From positions 1-55,162 of the forward strand of contig CALXUT010000049.1 in assembly GCA_944391755.1 (NCBI GenBank): DNA of 55,162 nt, given 5' to 3'. The stretch is from an uncultured Clostridia bacterium. GTDB lineage: Bacteria; Bacillota; Clostridia; TANB77; CAG-508. Made by a program: the position numbers and the translations under genes. Positions within the stretch are counted from its first letter, which is position 1, and each line of letters begins with the position of its first letter. Of the stretch, positions 52,206-55,162 are shown in pieces. The notes beneath the pieces were generated by a model. The model was given only the letters and a program-made list of their open reading frames with translations. It was not told the origin of the DNA and did no database searches.

Positions 52206-53915
52206 ATGGCATTTGACGGAATCGTAACAAAATCAATTGTTACAGAACTAAAAGATATTATAGGAAGTAAAATAGATAAAATACATGAACCTGATAAAAA
52301 TACAATAATACTTGGTCTATATGCTCAAGGAAAACATTTTGCATTAACACTTTGTGTAGATTCTCATAATTGTAGAATGAATTTAACAACACATTCTAGA
52401 ATAAATCCACTTGTCGCCCCTAATTTTTGTATGCTTCTTAGAAAACATCTAATTGGCGGAAGAATTTCTAATATCACTATGTTAGGCTTAGAAAGGCTTG
52501 TCAATATAGAAATTGAAACATTAAACGAATTTAATGAAATCGAGAAAAAAACATTAATTGTTGAACTTATGGGAAAACATAGTAATATCATTTTAGCAGA
52601 TAAAAAAAATGTAATTATTGATGCATTAAGACATCTTGATTCTTCAAATCATTCATATAGAAATATATTACCATCTCAAAATTACACATTACCAACTTCG
52701 GATAAATTTGATTTTACAGCTTTAAAGAATTTTGAAGATTTTTATAACAAAATTTTAAACATGGATGGTGATTTATCTAAAATCATTTCTAACCAATTTA
52801 CTGGTTTCAGTAAATCTTTTGTAGAAATGTCTATAAAAAAATGTGAAATAAACGCTAACTGTAAAGAGGATCTACAAAAACTTTATAATTACTTTTTAGA
52901 CATCATAAATCATCCTGACAGATTGTATTTCGAAAACATATATAAAGATGATAAGGTTTCAGATTATGCTTTAGTTATAGGTAATTCAAATAGTGAAAAA
53001 TACTCTTTAAATTTTTTTATTGATGATTTTTATTTTGAAAGAGAGACTGTTGAAACTTTTACAAATTATAGAAACAGCATTTTAAAATTAATTTTAGATA
53101 TTTTGAAAAAGTATAATAATCGTTTGCTAAATATAAATGAAAAATTAAAAGAATGTGATAACATGGAAACATATCGATTATATGGAGAACTAATCACTTC
53201 TAATCTTTATCGTTTGAATGATAAACATATTGATAGTATACAATTAGAAAATTATTATGATAACAATTCTCTTATAACAATTCCATTAGATATGAAATAT
53301 TCTCCACAAATGAATGCTAAAAGATATTTTAAAAAATATGCTAAATTAAAAAATGCTTACCAGATTGTATCTAAACAAAAAATTGATACAGAATCTGAAC
53401 TAAATTATATTGAAAGTATTGTTTATGAATTAGAAAATTGTTCTAGTTTAGAAGATGTTCAATCTATTTTTGAAGAAATTAGTGAAAATGTTGTTTTTAA
53501 AGAAAGAGTTAAAAAGAAAGAAAAAAAGCAAAAAGTTTCTAAAAATAAAAAGAATCATTCTTTTTCACCAATAGAATATGAAATTGATGGATGTAAAATT
53601 TATGTTGGCCGAAATAATAGAGAAAATGATTGGCTTACTTTCACTTTTGCCAAAAAAGAGGATCTTTGGTTTCATACAAAAGATATTCATGGAAGTCATG
53701 TGATTTTAAAAGCTAATGATTCCATAACTGATGATATTTTAGTAAAATGTGCTCAAATTGCAGCAAAACATAGTAAAGCAAATGTTTCTTCAAATGTTCC
53801 AGTAGATTATTGTTTTGTTAAATTTGTGAAAAAACCTAATGGTGCAAAACCTGGTATGGTTATCTTTACAAATAACAAAACACTTAATGTGAATCCTCAA
53901 AATTTGAATTTATAA
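52206..53915 (+). CDS. rqcH: NFACT/FbpA/Rqc2 family ribosome quality-control protein
   Basis: MAFDG, FCMLLRKHL, ELMGKHSNIIL, VGRNNREND, WFHTKDIHGSHV, KPNGAKPG. Confidence 0.93.
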   Translation: MAFDGIVTKSIVTELKDIIGSKIDKIHEPDKNTIILGLYAQGKHFALTLCVDSHNCRMNLTTHSRINPLVAPNFCMLLRKHLIGGRISNITMLGLERLVNIEIETLNEFNEIEKKTLIVELMGKHSNIILADKKNVIIDALRHLDSSNHSYRNILPSQNYTLPTSDKFDFTALKNFEDFYNKILNMDGDLSKIISNQFTGFSKSFVEMSIKKCEINANCKEDLQKLYNYFLDIINHPDRLYFENIYKDDKVSDYALVIGNSNSEKYSLNFFIDDFYFERETVETFTNYRNSILKLILDILKKYNNRLLNINEKLKECDNMETYRLYGELITSNLYRLNDKHIDSIQLENYYDNNSLITIPLDMKYSPQMNAKRYFKKYAKLKNAYQIVSKQKIDTESELNYIESIVYELENCSSLEDVQSIFEEISENVVFKERVKKKEKKQKVSKNKKNHSFSPIEYEIDGCKIYVGRNNRENDWLTFTFAKKEDLWFHTKDIHGSHVILKANDSITDDILVKCAQIAAKHSKANVSSNVPVDYCFVKFVKKPNGAKPGMVIFTNNKTLNVNPQNLNL

Positions 53916-53920
53916 CAAAT

Positions 53921-53961
53921 AAACACACATTTCAAATGATAGTTATGAAATGTGTGTTTTT
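53921..53961. terminator. Bidirectional terminator
   Basis: AAACACACATTTCA...TGAAATGTGTGTTT. Confidence 0.7.
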
Positions 53962-53971
53962 ATCTATACTA

Positions 53972-54427
53972 TTATATAAATAAAAATTTTATGACAAGTA
54001 CCAACACTGTCATGGCTGTCATTGCCGTATCCATAAACCCTTCTGTGCTTTCTCCTGCTTCATCAACTACAGAAATTTCATAAGATTTTGTTTCAGATAT
54101 TTTAAAATAGGTTTCTATATTTTTTATTTCATTTTCAGCTAAATTTCCTATCTCTAAATACTGTGTTCCTAAATGATTATCTATATCTGAATATAAATCC
54201 ACTTTTATGAACTTACCACTTAAATTTTCACCTTCTGCAGTTAATTTTATTCTTCCATTCACCTTTGTTGATTGTACTTCTACTACCTGGATTCCTTCTG
54301 GAATATTCCCTTTTTGATTCATATCTTTATACATTGAATCTATTCCTACATTTATTAATATATCAGATATAATCCAAAATAATATTAACAATATTGCATA
54401 CTTTACAAATCTTTTTACAGTATCCAT
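53972..54427 (-). CDS. Hypothetical membrane protein, possible FxLYD-like Ig domain
   Basis: N- and C-terminal TM, VDLYS..LGTQ..NLA. Confidence 0.7.
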   Translation of the reverse strand: MDTVKRFVKYAILLILFWIISDILINVGIDSMYKDMNQKGNIPEGIQVVEVQSTKVNGRIKLTAEGENLSGKFIKVDLYSDIDNHLGTQYLEIGNLAENEIKNIETYFKISETKSYEISVVDEAGESTEGFMDTAMTAMTVLVLVIKFLFI

Positions 54428-54451
54428 ATTTTTCTCCTCGTATAATGAACA

Positions 54452-54660
54452 TATAGTCCATTATATATTTTTTTATTTTTTAAAATTTTATATAATATCT
54501 ATATAGACTCTGTGGATTGGTGTTTTTCTCTATCGCTTGACGATTTTCTTAAGGCTCCAACCACAGATGTTTGTTAAATTGTTAATTAGTTAGATAACGC
54601 ATGACGTTTTATTTAGAACGAGGCTACATTCAACAAACATTTTGTGGATCACATTGTCTA
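54452..54660 (+). ncRNA. Putative IS110 bridge RNA
   Basis: TATAAT at 54441-54446, 5' hairpin (54460-54496), two stem/internal-loop/stem domains at 54510-54566 and 54567-54640. Confidence 0.72.
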
Positions 54661-54686
54661 AATTTATTTTAAAAGGAGTAATCGTT

Positions 54687-55162
54687 ATGATTTATGTTGG
54701 TATCGATGTTGCAAAGGATAAACATGATTGCTTTGCAATGAACTCTGATGGAGAAATCTTAATTGAAAACTTTATTTTTCAGAATAATGTTAATGGATTT
54801 AATTTGTTCTTCAATTCTATTTCTCAATTTGATGAAAGTTTTGATAATATTAAAGTAGGACTTGAAGCTACTGGTCACTACAGCAATAATCTCCTTAACT
54901 TTCTGACATCTAAAGGATTTAATGTCTTCGTCATTAATCCACTACAAACTAATCTTTTCAGAAAAGGTCAAAGCCTTAGAAAGACTAAAACAGATAAGTT
55001 AGATTCTCGTTTTATTGCTACAATGCTTATCACAGATAACTTAAAGCCCTACTCTAATTTATCTTACCATATTTCTGAGTTAAAGTCACTAGTTAGACAT
55101 AGATTTCGTTTAATTGAGGAACGTTCTAAATTCAAAGTTTCTCTTTCTAGACTTGTTACAAT
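54687..55162 (+). CDS. IS110 family DEDD transposase/recombinase, N-terminal part (not in ORF track)
   Basis: Manual translation MIYVGIDVAKDKHD...VGLEATGHY...INP...KTKTDKLDS, open to the window end; SD AAGGAG. Confidence 0.93.
   Translation, partial: MIYVGIDVAKDKHDCFAMNSDGEILIENFIFQNNVNGFNLFFNSISQFDESFDNIKVGLEATGHYSNNLLNFLTSKGFNVFVINPLQTNLFRKGQSLRKTKTDKLDSRFIATMLITDNLKPYSNLSYHISELKSLVRHRFRLIEERSKFKVSLSRLVT

Larger units (their letters stand above)
54436..55162 (+). mobile_element. IS110-family insertion sequence, truncated by the window edge
   Basis: DEDD transposase ORF plus ~250-bp structured 5' non-coding end; left boundary inferred from guide matches. Confidence 0.88.

Noticed and set aside
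423-52591. Numerous short ORFs antisense to or overlapping real genes (e.g. 28319..28963, 22315..22788, 4695..5090, 50342..50731)
   Set aside because: They are shadow ORFs of well-supported genes or the T-box, with no recognisable motifs.
1-55162. Stop-codon reassignment or CRISPR array
   Set aside because: Conserved genes are intact under code 11 with TGG for Trp, and the single in-frame stop is TAA in an accessory gene. No repeat-spacer array was seen.

Overview
AT-rich (roughly 25-30% GC by eye) chromosomal segment of a spore-forming Clostridia-type Firmicute. A GITLIALVVTIVVLLILA pilin-like gene and an Rpn gene suggest a TANB77/CAG-508-like gut lineage; that taxonomy is inference. Almost all genes are on the minus strand and most are housekeeping or cell-envelope genes: PBPs, cca, dinB, rny, argS, cysS, glyQS with T-box, lexA, greA, pgsA, ftsEX, xerD, spoIIM, EndoQ, ftsH, alr, FemAB, ftsY, glmM, tRNA-Trp and rqcH. 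Accessory content: an IS200/IS605-like end at the left edge, a nonsense-disrupted RhuM-Fic gene, an MntA-HepT toxin-antitoxin pair between cysS and argS, a frameshifted Rpn gene, and a truncated IS110 at the right edge. Most notable: (1) the IS110 5' non-coding region folds like a bridge RNA whose guide loops match the left junction and predict a Shine-Dalgarno sequence as target; (2) two dispersed ~90-nt hairpins share a 27/29-nt core while their stems differ yet still pair; (3) a ~190-bp promoter/leader module is shared by two unrelated toxin-like genes; (4) +1 homopolymer frameshifts are confined to accessory genes; (5) the tRNA-Trp has a 4-bp anticodon stem; (6) there is a degenerate HD-GYP-like protein.
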